A program made the position numbers and the translations under genes. From contig JBDRQI010000009.1 of assembly GCA_043826355.1 (NCBI GenBank), forward strand, positions 8,625 through 72,624: a stretch of DNA of 64,000 nt. Direction: 5' to 3'. A model generated the notes under the pieces. It saw nothing but the letters and a program-made list of their open reading frames with translations. It did no database searches and had not been told where the DNA came from. How positions within the stretch are numbered: position 1 is the first letter of the stretch; the number at the start of each line of letters is the position of its first letter. The DNA comes from Candidatus Omnitrophota bacterium (lineage in GTDB: Bacteria > Ratteibacteria > UBA8468 > MWAK01). Positions 29,074 through 40,259 of this stretch are shown here, piece after piece.

Positions 29074-29117
29074 AAAAAAAGCCCCAAACCATTAAAAAAT
29101 GGCCGGGGCTTTCTTTA
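29074..29117. terminator. Intrinsic terminator, probably bidirectional, 3' of the 23S gene
   Basis: A7-GCCCC..CCATT..AATGG..GGGGC-TTTCTTT hairpin between convergent units. Confidence 0.75.
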
Positions 29118-29375
29118 TTAACCCGTCATTTGACAAATTGTTCCGTAGCCAAGCCACACGGCCTATTAGTACCGGTTGGCTCAATTCCTTGCGGAACTTA
29201 CACCTCCGGCCTATCTACAAGTAATCTTCTTGAGGCCTTTAGTCTTTCAATCTTGCGACTGAGAGAGGGAGATCTCATCTTGGGGTCGGCTTCGCACTTA
29301 GATGCTTTCAGCGCTTATCCGGTCCGAACATGGCTACCCAGCGATTGCTCCTGTCGGAACAACTGGAACACCAGT

Positions 29376-29411
<36 letters not shown>

Positions 29412-29511
29412 CTCCCCTTCAAATCTCCAACGCCCGCAACAGATAGAGACCGAACTGTCTTGCGACGTTCTAAACCCAGCTCACGTACCGCTTTAATGGG
29501 CGAACAGACCA

Positions 29512-29543
<32 letters not shown>

Positions 29544-29557
29544 GTGAGCCGACATCG

Positions 29558-30362
29558 CACGTTTGTCCATCGTTTCCGATGGCGTAGACTATATCTTCAC
29601 CTTGGTGAATCTCGTATTTCACCGAAGGGCCGGCGTGTGATAGCAACCACAAATTTTTTCAGGAAATTGCTATCTCATCCTTTCGGAATCAGTCGTTACG
29701 GGGTCAAAACGGAAATTTATATTGGAACAGCGGTAATGTGTGAGGAAAAACAATTTCTTTGAATAAAGAAACGCTTTCTACGGCGATTCTTATTCTGAGA
29801 TAACTCTTGTCTCGATTCAAAGTTGATTTTATCCCCCACTGCTCTCCCAAGAAGTTCATCAGCCTTTCTTGTGAAGTAACGTTGAATTCTTGAGAATTCA
29901 AGTACAACGCCCTATAACTTTTGCATCCGTCATCCATAAACCACACCGCGAGCATCAAAGGGTCCAACACCAGCATTTCAGGTATAATCTTATGTCTGCC
30001 GTCATAAAAACGATTGTAAATCGTTGTTAATTCCGGCAAGCTGCGTGTCGTAAACCGGTAAGCAATTCTTTTACCGTTTCCTTTTCTTGCTTTTGGCGGG
30101 GTTATCACAAGATTTGCCAAATGACGATGCTTCCAGTCAACATAGAACTTCTGCTTTATCGAGTGATTGATTTCCAAAAGGGCGTTGACTTTGCACCGCA
30201 TCGCTCCATCTCCGAGTAAACTACCAATAATGATGGAACGTTGTATTTCCGTCAGACTTCCCACGGTATTACCCTCGGACCTGCACTTTGCAGCCGTTAG
30301 GGCTTCACCGTTATAAGCCGATGCTTGCAATGACATTTCTGCCATTTCACCCCACTTTTTTG
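29558..30362 (-). mobile_element. Group I intron at 23S position 2500 (805 nt) with homing endonuclease
   Basis: Interrupts GGCACCU|CGAUGUC; exon ends in U, intron ends in G; IGS GGGUG; R-like CCCGUAACGACUGA and S-like GAAGAUAUAGUC. Confidence 0.93.
29704..30264 (-). CDS. Double-motif LAGLIDADG homing endonuclease (intron 2500)
   Basis: IIGSLLGDG and LAVWFMDDG motifs; GTG 30264 preferred, in-frame ATGs exist up to 30345. Confidence 0.9.
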   Translation of the reverse strand: MGSLTEIQRSIIIGSLLGDGAMRCKVNALLEINHSIKQKFYVDWKHRHLANLVITPPKARKGNGKRIAYRFTTRSLPELTTIYNRFYDGRHKIIPEMLVLDPLMLAVWFMDDGCKSYRALYLNSQEFNVTSQERLMNFLGEQWGIKSTLNRDKSYLRIRIAVESVSLFKEIVFPHTLPLFQYKFPF

Positions 30363-30437
30363 AGGTGCCAAACCACGTCGTCGATATGAACTCTTGGACG
30401 TGATAAGCCTGTTATCCCCAGAGTACCTTTTATTCGA

Positions 30438-30478
<41 letters not shown>

Positions 30479-30588
30479 CCCGGCTTTCGCCTCTGCTCGA
30501 GATGTCTCTCTCGCAGTCAAGCCACCTTATGCCTTTACACTCAACAGCCGATTGCCAACCGGCCTGAGGTGACTTTTGGGCGCCTCCG

Positions 30589-31245
30589 TTACTCTTTAGG
30601 CAATAATGTTCGCCCGGTCAGGGGAATTTTATAACTCATTTCCGGAAGGAGATTGAGACCGATCAGTTTCACGAATTCTGTTAGAGAATGACCCGATACG
30701 CAAATCTGGTAACCTTCTCTTTGCTTCCTGGGTTTTGCGTCAAGGCCAAACTTCTCTTGCAGTAATCGTGACAATCTTTCTACTTCTTCCCGCTGGTAGC
30801 ATTGAGTATTAAATATTACCGCGCGGGACTGACGCCATTTGAGACTGCCGTCATCCATAAACCAGTAAGTTAGTGACTTCGGTGTAAGCCATCGTTTGAT
30901 GGATTGGGGCACACGCTTCCTGCCATCTTGGTAAAACTGATGGCCGTAAAAGCGTAAAGCGCCGTGACTGTAAGTTTGAAAACCTATCATTTCGCACAAG
31001 GTGCCGTTAGTCGCAGCATGTAGTCTTGTTTTCGGCGGTGTGCGTACCCACTTTTGAAATATGCGGTAGAGGTGTTCGACATAAAAACGGTGTGCCGCTT
31101 TATGTTCCACCTTCAACCGGTAAGTTTTACCCTTATCCTGGGTTTCTAAGTGGGCATCGCCCAGAAGCATACCAACCAAAACTTCGCGTTGATTTCTGGT
31201 TAGTTTGAGCGATTTCTTATAGGTTTCAATCTCTCTGGAATGCAT
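30589..31245 (-). CDS. Double-motif LAGLIDADG homing endonuclease (intron 2262); last 3 codons and stop lie in the rRNA exon
   Basis: LVGMLLGDA and [19 protein letters not shown] before ATG; TAA at 30591-30589 is part of exon CCUAAAGAGUAACGG. Confidence 0.92.
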   Translation of the reverse strand: MHSREIETYKKSLKLTRNQREVLVGMLLGDAHLETQDKGKTYRLKVEHKAAHRFYVEHLYRIFQKWVRTPPKTRLHAATNGTLCEMIGFQTYSHGALRFYGHQFYQDGRKRVPQSIKRWLTPKSLTYWFMDDGSLKWRQSRAVIFNTQCYQREEVERLSRLLQEKFGLDAKPRKQREGYQICVSGHSLTEFVKLIGLNLLPEMSYKIPLTGRTLLPKE

Positions 31246-31512
31246 CCCTTTCTCCGTTAAGACCGAGCGTCCGCATAATACGGACTCTGTCTCGCGGCAG
31301 AGTTCAGACTATATCATCGACCTTTTTTAAAGGCCGCCTGGCGTATAGTCGTTGAGGGGTCCTGAAAAACAAGGACTTCCCTGCTGATTGTCCGCACTCG
31401 TCAGATTTTCACTCTTTTTTGTATATTAAAGAGTACTGCAAGATACACCGGACTTCCCAGCATATAGCCAGATTTACCCCTGACGTTGCCATCAGGGCGC
31501 CCCACTAAATTG
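30601..31512 (-). mobile_element. Group I intron at 23S position 2262 (912 nt) with homing endonuclease 3' of the core
   Basis: Interrupts GGGGCGGUUGCCU|CCUAAAGAGUAAC; terminal G; AUGCUGGGAA / AAUCAGCAGG / CUCAACGACUA / GAUAUAGUC core elements. Confidence 0.93.
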
Positions 31513-31823
31513 AGGCAACCGCCCCAGTCAAACTGCCCGCCTGCCACTGTCCCTTTCCTGGATTCACAGGAAGAGGTTAGAATTTCAAAAGAATAAGGGT
31601 GGTATTTCACCGTTGGCTCCATCCCGGCTGGCGCCGGGACTTCAAAGCCTCCCACCTATCCTACACATATTATTTTAAAACCCAATGACAAGTTACAGTT
31701 AAGGTTCCGGGGTCTTTTCGTCTTGTTGCGGGTAAACCGCGTCTTCACGGTTATCACAAATTCACCGGGTTTCTCGTTGAGACAGCGCTCCTGTCGTTAC
31801 ACCATTCGTGCAGGTCGGAACTC

Positions 31824-32241
<418 letters not shown>

Positions 32242-33061
32242 AGATCAGAGCTTCGGCTTGCGCCTAACCCCTCACGTTAACCTTCCGGCACCGGGCAGGT
32301 GTCAGTCCCTATACATCATCTTGCGACTTAGCAGGGACCTGTGTTTTTATTAAACAGTCGCAGGAGCCATTTCACTGCGGCCTTTTCGTTTCAAGTTTAC
32401 ACTAAAAACTACTCAGGCACCCCTTATTCCGAAGTTACGGGGCAATTTTGCCGAGTTCCTTAACGAGAATTATCCCGAGCGCCTTAGCATGTTCTGCCAG
32501 TCTACCTGTGTCGGTTTGCGGTACGGTTGCCATAACGACTCGCTTAGAGGCTTTTCTTGGCAGTTTGACTCGACCAGTGTCCCGCATCCGTGGACTTGGG
32601 CACCATTCGCCGTCAAGAGTTGTCCCTTGCGGGACAGTCCTCCGGATTTACCTGGAGAACCGCTCCCAACCGGCTTAGACCGCAATACAATAAGCGGATG
32701 GTCTATCTTACTGCTTCCCCTCATCACTGATAACGCCGTTACGGCAGGGCCGGAATATTAACCGGCTGTGCATCATCTACGCCTTTCGGCCTCGACTTAG
32801 CCACCGCCTAACCCTGGGCGGATTGACCTTCCCCAGGAAACCTTAGACTTTCGGCGTCCCGAGTTTCCATCGGGATTTTCGCTACTTATGCTGACATACT
32901 CGCTTCCCATACCTCCACCTGTCCTCACGGTCAGGCTTCGCAGGCATAGGGAATGCTCCCCTACCAATATTGTTCTTAATGAACAATAGTCCGCGACTTC
33001 GGTAACAAGCTTGAGCCCCGTTGAATTTTAGGCGCGCATTCACACCCTTGCGGGTATTCGG

Positions 33062-33124
<63 letters not shown>

Positions 33125-34292
33125 GGTGAACACACTTCCTTTACCACTTAGCTTGTATTTTGGGACCTTAGTCGGCGGTCTGGGCTGTTTCCCTTTCGAC
33201 AACGAAGCTTAGCCCCCGCTGTCTGACTCCCCCGGTACAGAAAAACGGTATTCGGAGTTTGGTTGGAATAGGAAGGGTGGTGCCCTTCCGCATCCATCCA
33301 GTAGCTCTACCCCCGTTCTCTAATTCCGGAAGGCTAGCCCTAAAGCTATTTCGGGGAGAACCAGCTATCGCCGAGTTTGATTAGCCTTTCACTCCAACCC
33401 TCAGTTCATCCGAGTTGTTTTCAACCAACACCGGTTCGGACCTCCATCCCGTATTACCAGGACTTCATCCTGACCAAGGGTAGATCACCCGGCTTCGGGT
33501 CTACGCTACGCAACTGGACGCCCGATTAGGACTCGCTTTCGCTGCGGCTCCGCCGCTTAAAACGGCTTAACCTTGCTGCGCATCGTAACTCGCCAGCTCA
33601 TTCTTCAATAGGCACGCGGTGAGGCGTTTCCCGAAGTCTTGCGACTTTGGGACATAGCCCTCCCGCTGGTTGTAAGTGTTTGGTTTCAGGTTCTATTTCA
33701 CTCCCCTTCCGGGGTTCTTTTCGCCTTTCCCTCGCGGTACTAGTTCACTATCGGTCGAAAGCACATATTTAGCCTTTGCCCATGGTCGGGCTGGATTCAC
33801 GCGAACCTTCTCGGATTCCGCGTTACTCGGGAAAGAAGCTCACCGAGCCGTCAGTTTTTCGCCTACAGGACTATTACCTTCTCTGGTCAGACTTTCCAGT
33901 CTGTTTGGCTAAACTTTCGGTTTGTAACTCGGCGGCCGGGCTGGACCCCGTCCCAACTTCCTCCCACAACCCCTAACAAACAACGTCGTCCAGACTATTA
34001 CGCCTGTTAGGTTTAGGCTCATCCCTGTTCGCTCGCCGCTACTGGGGGAATCACTTCGTTTTCTCTTCCTCAGGATACTGAGATGGTTCAATTCTCCTGG
34101 TTCGCCTTCCTGCCCTATGTATTCAGACAGGAATCTGAAGGGTTTGCCTTCAGGGGTTGCCCCATTCGGAAATCCCCGGATCAAAGTCTGTTAACGACTC
34201 CCCGGGGCTTATCGCAGTTAGCCACGTCCTTCATCGCTGGCTTTCGCCAAGGCATCCACCAAACACCCTTAATTGCTTGGCTACAGATCAAA

Positions 34293-34370
34293 TTGTCAAA
34301 GAACCGGTTTTCCTATAGGTGTTTCCATTTTGCAAACAAATATTATACCCCTGCTCTTTTTTCTTGTCAA
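34293..34370 (-). promoter_or_regulatory. Sigma70 promoter and boxA-like element of the 23S gene
   Basis: TTGACA(34370-34365)-N17-TATAAT(34347-34342); GTTCTTTGACAA at 34304-34293. Confidence 0.88.
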
Positions 34371-34435
34371 ATTTCTTGTTTCTTGTCAGATATACCGGGC
34401 ATACCGGGCAAGATACCCGGACAATTGTACCATAA

Positions 34436-34464
34436 TTGACGCCAGCCGGTTCCCAACCTATAAT
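34436..34464 (+). promoter_or_regulatory. Sigma70 promoter of the aldolase gene
   Basis: TTGACG-N17-TATAAT ending 9 nt before ATG 34474. Confidence 0.75.
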
Positions 34465-34473
34465 AATCTAAGT

Positions 34474-35388
34474 ATGAAAACAGGTAAATTGAAACAAATA
34501 ATGGAAACCGCGTGTGCGCAGGGAATCGTGATACCGGCTTTCAATATCGCCTACCTGCCCATGGCCAAAGCGGTCTGCGACGGGTTGGCAGAAACAGATG
34601 CCTTCGGAATGCTGGAAGTTGCCCGCCCGGACGTGGAAAAGTTCGGCGCGGAAAGTTTTGCCGCAGTCGCCGCCGAATATCGGCAATGGGCAGACCCCGA
34701 CATTGTCAGTCTCCACCTGGACCACATCCCGGTAATCGATGAAGACCGCTTGCCGGTGGACTGGAAACGCCTGATTAAAGAAGGGATATCTAACCGGTAT
34801 CATTCTGTTATGATTGACGGCTCCCGGCTCTCCCTGGAAGAAAATATTGAGGTTACCGCCGAAGTAGTCCGGATGGCGCACCCGGCCGGTATTCTGGTAG
34901 AAGCAGAATTGGGCGCGGTCCTGGGGCACGAAACCGGCCCCATGCCGCCTTACGAAGAGATGTTTGAGAAGAAGCTCGGCTTCACCAAACCGGAAGAGGC
35001 GGACCGTTTCGTGAAGGAGACCGGCGTGGACCTGCTTTCGGTCTCCTGCGGTTCAATCCACGGCGCCATATCCGGCATCGCCAGGGACCAGGCAAAGATA
35101 CGGGCGAAGATTGACATCCAGCACCTCAAGAAGTTGCGTGAGGCAGCCGGCATCCCCCTGGTACTGCACGGCGGTTCCGGCATTCAGAAATCCTGCGTAC
35201 TGGAGGCGGTCAAGAACGGCATCACCAAGATTAATATCGGAACGGAAATCAGGCAGGCCTACGAACAGGCGATGGCAAAATCCAACAACACCGTAAAAAC
35301 CGGCCAGGCAGCCGTAACGGAAAAGGTAAAAGAACTCGTTACTGATAGTTACGGCATCAAAGGTTCGGCTTCCCGGCTCGTAAAATAA
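34474..35388 (+). CDS. Class II fructose/tagatose-bisphosphate aldolase
   Basis: PAFNI, LHLDH, SVMIDGS, VEAELG, GSIHG, PLVLHGGSG, KINIGT. Confidence 0.92.
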   Translation: MKTGKLKQIMETACAQGIVIPAFNIAYLPMAKAVCDGLAETDAFGMLEVARPDVEKFGAESFAAVAAEYRQWADPDIVSLHLDHIPVIDEDRLPVDWKRLIKEGISNRYHSVMIDGSRLSLEENIEVTAEVVRMAHPAGILVEAELGAVLGHETGPMPPYEEMFEKKLGFTKPEEADRFVKETGVDLLSVSCGSIHGAISGIARDQAKIRAKIDIQHLKKLREAAGIPLVLHGGSGIQKSCVLEAVKNGITKINIGTEIRQAYEQAMAKSNNTVKTGQAAVTEKVKELVTDSYGIKGSASRLVK

Positions 35389-35477
35389 CCCTTCAGAACC
35401 GGGGGAATAAATTTCCAAAAGTGTTTGGCCTGTATATTTGACCGGAGAACGGCTGCCATTATAAAATACCACTTAAT

Positions 35478-36743
35478 ATGCTGGACATAAGATTTATCCG
35501 GGAAAACAGCCGGGCCGTGGAAAAAGCGGCCAGGGACAAAGGCGCAGACGTTGATGTTGCCGCCATCCTGGCGCTGGATGAAGAACGGCGCTCAATCCTT
35601 TCCGAAACAGGACAGCTCAGGCATCAGCGCAATGAAGCCAGCGAACATATCAGTCAATTGAAAAAAGAGGGCAGGGACGCCGCCGAATTGATTGTTGAAA
35701 TGCGGAGCGTAGCCGACCGGATAAAAGAACTGGAAGAAAGGCTGAGGAAAAAAGAGGCGGAACTGGAACAAGCCCTGAGTTTTGTACCCAATGTTCCGGC
35801 AACAGACGTGCCGGAAGGAAAGGACGCGGATGAAAATGTAGAAGTGAAGGCGTGGGGCAAAAAACTTGTTCCGGATTTTCCGCTCCTGCCCCACCACGAA
35901 CTGGCCGAAAAGTTGGGCCTGATTAATTTTAAGGCGGCCGGCCGGATGTCCGGCAGTTTCTTCGTGCTCTATACCGGCTGGGGCGCCCGTCTGGAAAGAG
36001 CGCTGATAAACTTTATGCTTGACCGGCACCGGAAAGAAGGTTACCTTGAAGTGTCGCCTCCCTTCTTGGTCAACCGCCGCAGCATGTACAATACCGGCCA
36101 GTTGCCGAAGCTGGAAAAGGATATGTACCGGGTGGAGAGCGAGGACCTCTTCCTCATCCCCACCGCTGAAGTTCCGGTAACCAACATTCACCAGGATGAA
36201 CTCTTCCGCGAAACGGACCTGCCGGTCTATTACACCGCCTATACGCCCTGTTTCCGCCTGGAAGCCGGCGCTTACGGCAAGGACACCAAAGGACTGCTGC
36301 GCGTCCACCAGTTTGACAAGGTGGAAATGGTCAAGTTCTGCCGGGCAGAAGATTCTTACGATGAACTGGAAAAACTGCTGGCGGACGCGGAAGGCGTTTT
36401 GCAAGCCTTAGGCTTACATTACCGCGTGATGCTGCTCTGCACCGGAGAGTTGTCTTTTTCTGGGGCCAAATGTTACGATATCGAAGCATGGGCTCCGGCG
36501 CAAGAACGATACCTGGAGGTCTCCTCCTGCAGTAATTTTGAAGATTTTCAGGCGAGGCGCGGCAATATCCGCTACCGGACGAAGAAAGGCGAAGTTCGTT
36601 TCGTGCACACCCTCAACGGTTCCGGCGTTGCCCTGGCGCGGACCGTTGCCTGTATTTTGGAAACCTGCCAGCAGAAAGACGGTACTGTTGTTGTGCCGGA
36701 AGTATTAAGGCCCTACCTGGATAATACCGCGGTCATTTCCTGA
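35478..36743 (+). CDS. serS: Serine--tRNA ligase
   Basis: MLDIRFIR, LIPTAEVP, FRLEAG, RVHQFDKVE, EVSSCSN, HTLNGSG. Confidence 0.98.
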   Translation: MLDIRFIRENSRAVEKAARDKGADVDVAAILALDEERRSILSETGQLRHQRNEASEHISQLKKEGRDAAELIVEMRSVADRIKELEERLRKKEAELEQALSFVPNVPATDVPEGKDADENVEVKAWGKKLVPDFPLLPHHELAEKLGLINFKAAGRMSGSFFVLYTGWGARLERALINFMLDRHRKEGYLEVSPPFLVNRRSMYNTGQLPKLEKDMYRVESEDLFLIPTAEVPVTNIHQDELFRETDLPVYYTAYTPCFRLEAGAYGKDTKGLLRVHQFDKVEMVKFCRAEDSYDELEKLLADAEGVLQALGLHYRVMLLCTGELSFSGAKCYDIEAWAPAQERYLEVSSCSNFEDFQARRGNIRYRTKKGEVRFVHTLNGSGVALARTVACILETCQQKDGTVVVPEVLRPYLDNTAVIS

Positions 36744-36750
36744 TTTCCAC

Positions 36751-36863
36751 TGTCATTCTGAACGGTTTATGTCATTCTGAACGAAGTGAAGAATCTCATC
36801 CTTAAAAACGAGATCCTTCGCGAAACCGGCTCAGGATGACACCGTTCACAACTCAGGATGCCA
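36751..36863. repeat. TGTCATTCTGA..CTCAGGATGACA palindromic element, intergenic, with duplicated ends
   Basis: Inverted arms TGTCATTCTGAACGAAGTGAAGAATCTC / GAGATCCTTCG..CTCAGGATGACA. Confidence 0.88.
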
Positions 36864-36869
36864 CCATCT

Positions 36870-37913
36870 CTAATTCCCCAACAATTCCAGCACTTTTGCG
36901 GCCACCTTTTCGGTCTCTGCCAAAACCTTCCGATTCTGGTTACAAACGGCTTCACTTACGCTGGAAAGAACAAGGTCGTTCAATGACCAGAGTCGGATAT
37001 AATTTTCAGCAACAAGTTTTTCAAACGCCCGGTCAAAGACTATGCGTTTTTGATGCTTTCGCTCCACCTTCAGCACCACGGTCGGTTTTCCGGAACTGGC
37101 TGACTCGGAAACCATGTTGATGCTGTCCTCGGTCGCAATTATCAGGTCGGCTGCGGCCAGAAATTCAGCCACCGGATTGGCAAAATCCTGCCCGTAAAGA
37201 ATAAGGTTAAATCTCTTCGGATCGCCGCCCAGCAATTTTTGGAAAACAGTTTCCACTTTACGATTGGTCCGGCGGCTGGTCGTCAGGTAAATTCTGGCCG
37301 GGAGTTTTTCGGAAATCTCTGTCAGACGCCGGGAAAGTTCTTCGGCCCACCATTCGGAAATCCGGTAGTTCTTATCGTCCCCGCCGACGAGAACTGCGAT
37401 TTTAAGATCTCCCCCTTCCCGCACCCCTCCCGCCAGGGGAGGAACAGGTGGGGGGGTAGGAATTATCCGGTTGGGGGCGCCCATGATAAGCATCAGGTTT
37501 TTCGCAGCACTAACCTTCGGATATCGCGCCAGGTCATGTTCCGGCAGTACGAGCAGGTCAAAACGCCGCAGACAGAGAAAGCCAGGGTAAAGAACCTGAA
37601 AACTTCTGGCAGAATTACAGCGGCTTAACAAAATATTAATCGGAGCCAACCTTGAGCCGGCGGAGATTACGGCCGCGGGCTTGGAAAAAAGACAGGAGGG
37701 AACGATGCGGGCGAAGTGCCGGAGCAGGAAACGAACCTTAAAAAGAGGCGTTACGCTCACCAGGTTTGCAGTAAGAAGCAGGGTGGTGCGACAAGGAAAA
37801 GAAAGGGGAGGAACCGCAACCCGCTCTATCTCTGCCCCCGGCAACCTTTCCGCTATTCCGAGCGCCTGGTTTAAGTTGCCGCGGTTGCCGTCATCCAGAA
37901 CCAAGATTTTCAT
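36870..37913 (-). CDS. ELM1/GT-like nucleoside-diphosphate-sugar protein
   Basis: GNLNQALG, PEHD, LVGG, TTSRRT, TEDSINMVSESASSGKP. Confidence 0.85.
   Translation of the reverse strand: MKILVLDDGNRGNLNQALGIAERLPGAEIERVAVPPLSFPCRTTLLLTANLVSVTPLFKVRFLLRHFARIVPSCLFSKPAAVISAGSRLAPINILLSRCNSARSFQVLYPGFLCLRRFDLLVLPEHDLARYPKVSAAKNLMLIMGAPNRIIPTPPPVPPLAGGVREGGDLKIAVLVGGDDKNYRISEWWAEELSRRLTEISEKLPARIYLTTSRRTNRKVETVFQKLLGGDPKRFNLILYGQDFANPVAEFLAAADLIIATEDSINMVSESASSGKPTVVLKVERKHQKRIVFDRAFEKLVAENYIRLWSLNDLVLSSVSEAVCNQNRKVLAETEKVAAKVLELLGN
37411..37457. repeat. C/G hairpin repeat, in frame inside CDS
   Basis: Encodes TPPPVPPLAGGVREGG on - strand. Confidence 0.75.
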
Positions 37914-39009
37914 TCAGGCTGGAAATAATCTGCGTTATCTGCCCATCCTCCATCTTAACTTTAACCTCCAGGACAATTGCCCGGCCAATATAATCTTCGG
38001 TTTCAGGATAAGAACCGCCGACCAATTCCTGATTCGCCCGGTAGTGCCAGTAATTGAGCGTAGCCGGAATAACTCCGGCTTTCAACAAGTCCTCTTTAGC
38101 CTTGTCGGCCCGGGCCTGGTTTGGCGCCAGAATCGCCAGAAAAGTAGCCGCATCTTCCGGGTCGTTAAAACGGCGGAAGACAAATCCGGCCGGAAGTTTC
38201 AAGCCATCTTTAATGCGGGAGCGGTTGCGGCGCAGACTTTCCAACATCCCGGGAAGTCTTTCCGTTTGCGCCAGGCCGAAAGCAGATAGAATTTCCGAAA
38301 GGCGGAAGTTAACGCCGCCGCCTTCTTTCGGTTCCCTGCCCCGGGGCAGGCTGAGGTTATGTACGTGGCCGTGGTCGTGAAAACGGTCTGCTTTCCGGTA
38401 AAGTTCCGCGTCGTTGGTTGCAACCATTCCGCCCTCGCTGCATGTTAAAAGTTTCGCGGAGTCAAAACTGAAGGCGGATATCTGGCCCAGCGTACCAACG
38501 AATTTACCTTTATATCTGGCGCCGACCGCCTGGCAGGCGTCTTCAACCATAAAAAGGTTGTGTTTCCGGGCGATGACCCCGATTTCGTCCATCGCGGCCG
38601 CCGAACCCATCATGTGCACCGGCATAATCGCCTTGGTTTTGGCCGTAATCGCTTCTTCAATCTTAGCCGGATTGATGTTAAAAGAATCGTCTATTTCAAC
38701 CAGGACCGGTTGTGCGCCCGACTCAATCACCGCCTCCAGGGTAGCGACAAAGGTGTAAGCCGGAACGATTACTTCATCCCCGGCCTTAATGCCCAACGCC
38801 GCCAGGGCAGTCCGCAGGGCTGCGGTTCCGGAAGAGACCGCCAGGCCGTATCCGGCGCCGATAAATTCCCGGAACATCTTCTCAAAGCGATACGCGTAAG
38901 AAGCGGTCGCTTCCTGCTCGTTGAAAGCGTAACGAAAAATTTTCTTTTTGCGGATTACATCCAGAACCAGTTCTTCTTCCCGGCTTCCTACCGTCTCAAT
39001 TCCGCCCAT
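37891..39009 (-). CDS. DegT/DnrJ/EryC1/StrS sugar aminotransferase (KdnA-like)
   Basis: VSSGTAAL, TFVAT, EDACQA, FSFDSAKLLT, DHGH. Confidence 0.9.
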   Translation of the reverse strand: MGGIETVGSREEELVLDVIRKKKIFRYAFNEQEATASYAYRFEKMFREFIGAGYGLAVSSGTAALRTALAALGIKAGDEVIVPAYTFVATLEAVIESGAQPVLVEIDDSFNINPAKIEEAITAKTKAIMPVHMMGSAAAMDEIGVIARKHNLFMVEDACQAVGARYKGKFVGTLGQISAFSFDSAKLLTCSEGGMVATNDAELYRKADRFHDHGHVHNLSLPRGREPKEGGGVNFRLSEILSAFGLAQTERLPGMLESLRRNRSRIKDGLKLPAGFVFRRFNDPEDAATFLAILAPNQARADKAKEDLLKAGVIPATLNYWHYRANQELVGGSYPETEDYIGRAIVLEVKVKMEDGQITQIISSLNENLGSG

Positions 39010-39043
39010 AGAAATTTCCCCCTAAATTTACGAAAAACGCCAG

Positions 39044-39074
39044 AATGCCCCGCCTTGTGGGCGGGGTTCCTCAC
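39044..39074. repeat. CCCCGCC-TTGTG-GGCGGGG hairpin resembling an IS200/IS605-type end
   Basis: AATGCCCCGCCTTGTGGGCGGGGTTCCTCAC; family assignment from recall only. Confidence 0.45.
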
Positions 39075-39083
39075 TGTTTGCTT

Positions 39084-40151
39084 TTAGCCGACAGCGATTT
39101 CCCGGTAGACTTCCAAAGTTTTTTCAACCATTTGCTTAACGCTAAATTTTGCGGAAGCCCATTTTCGGCCATCTTCCCCCATGCATTTTCTGAGGTTTTG
39201 ATTTTGTATCAGTCTTTCGATTGGTTCAATGAAGGCTGACGGCTCCGGTTTAACCAGAAAACCGGTCTTACCGTCAAGCACAACTTCCCGGGAAGCCCCA
39301 AAAGAAGAAACAACCACGGGAATTCCGCACAATTGAGATTCCACAATTACCCTTCCAAAACCTTCGGGTTGCGTAAAAGGTGCGGCATAGATGTCAATTT
39401 TTCGGTAAAATTCCTCCTTGCAGGGGTTCGCTATAATAGTAACACTCCCCGTAAGACCTTTTACTTCAATCATCTTTTTAAGTTTTCCTATAAAATTTCC
39501 CGATCCGGTGCCGGGAAGACCGAGTCCTATCAAACCCTCGACCGACGGAAATTTTTTCTTGAGAATATTAACTATCTCGATAAAACATTCAAATCCTTTC
39601 CCCCGGCCGCAACGACTAAGCATTCCAACTCTGACAACATCACCGTGTTCTTCTTTAATAAAATGACCCACAAAAACGCCGTTATGAACAACCCTGACCC
39701 GATCGCCGGCTCCAAAATATTTGCGCGCATATTCGGCAAGAGCATGGCTGACTGAGATCACTTTTTCGCCTTTACCCATGATCTTGCTGGGCCAATGACG
39801 GTTGTAATAACTATGAAAACTCGTGATAAAATGCGTACCTGGCAAGCCACAGGACGCGTAATAGCCGACCCAAGCCGGTATTCTGCTTCGTGCATGGACT
39901 ATATCAGGTCTAATTCTGAAAAAAATTGTTCGCGCTCGTAATAGCGAGTATGCCAAAGCAGCCGGATTTTTTTTGTGCAATGGAATTAAGACAATCTTTA
40001 CTCCCCGCCTCCTAAGGGTTGCAAGTAATTTTCCACCTGCAGTGAAAACAAGGACGGTATTGCCGGCATCACTTAATCCTTGGGCTAAATCAAAAGTTCC
40101 CTGCTCGACACCACCGACATCCATTTCCGGAACCATCAAAACTATCTTCAT
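39084..40151 (-). CDS. Glycosyltransferase family 4
   Basis: GGVEQGT, HARSRIPAW, EGFGRVIVE. Confidence 0.9.
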   Translation of the reverse strand: MKIVLMVPEMDVGGVEQGTFDLAQGLSDAGNTVLVFTAGGKLLATLRRRGVKIVLIPLHKKNPAALAYSLLRARTIFFRIRPDIVHARSRIPAWVGYYASCGLPGTHFITSFHSYYNRHWPSKIMGKGEKVISVSHALAEYARKYFGAGDRVRVVHNGVFVGHFIKEEHGDVVRVGMLSRCGRGKGFECFIEIVNILKKKFPSVEGLIGLGLPGTGSGNFIGKLKKMIEVKGLTGSVTIIANPCKEEFYRKIDIYAAPFTQPEGFGRVIVESQLCGIPVVVSSFGASREVVLDGKTGFLVKPEPSAFIEPIERLIQNQNLRKCMGEDGRKWASAKFSVKQMVEKTLEVYREIAVG

Positions 40152-40259
40152 TTTTTACAAATGAAATAAAGGCGATTCATCATTCCGCGGGTTACAATTT
40201 GGGTGCTGTGTTTTTCGACAAACAAAACCGCGCTATCCTTAAAAATTTGCTTTTGATAT

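Noticed and set aside
29059..29144. 5S rRNA expected after 23S
   Set aside because: Only about 30 bp lie before the terminator and no 5S motifs are visible
34273..34473. N-terminal extensions in the ORF track (also 258, 1362, 23893, 42862, 47161, 47242, 50866, 56196)
   Set aside because: They run through promoters, repeats or upstream genes; downstream ATGs fit the family N-termini better
35592..36404. 270-aa antisense ORF within serS (similarly 37681-38289, 46146-46730, 49814-50392, 54974-55561; also the same-strand alternate frame 56600-57226)
   Set aside because: Shadow frames of well-supported genes, with no recognisable motifs
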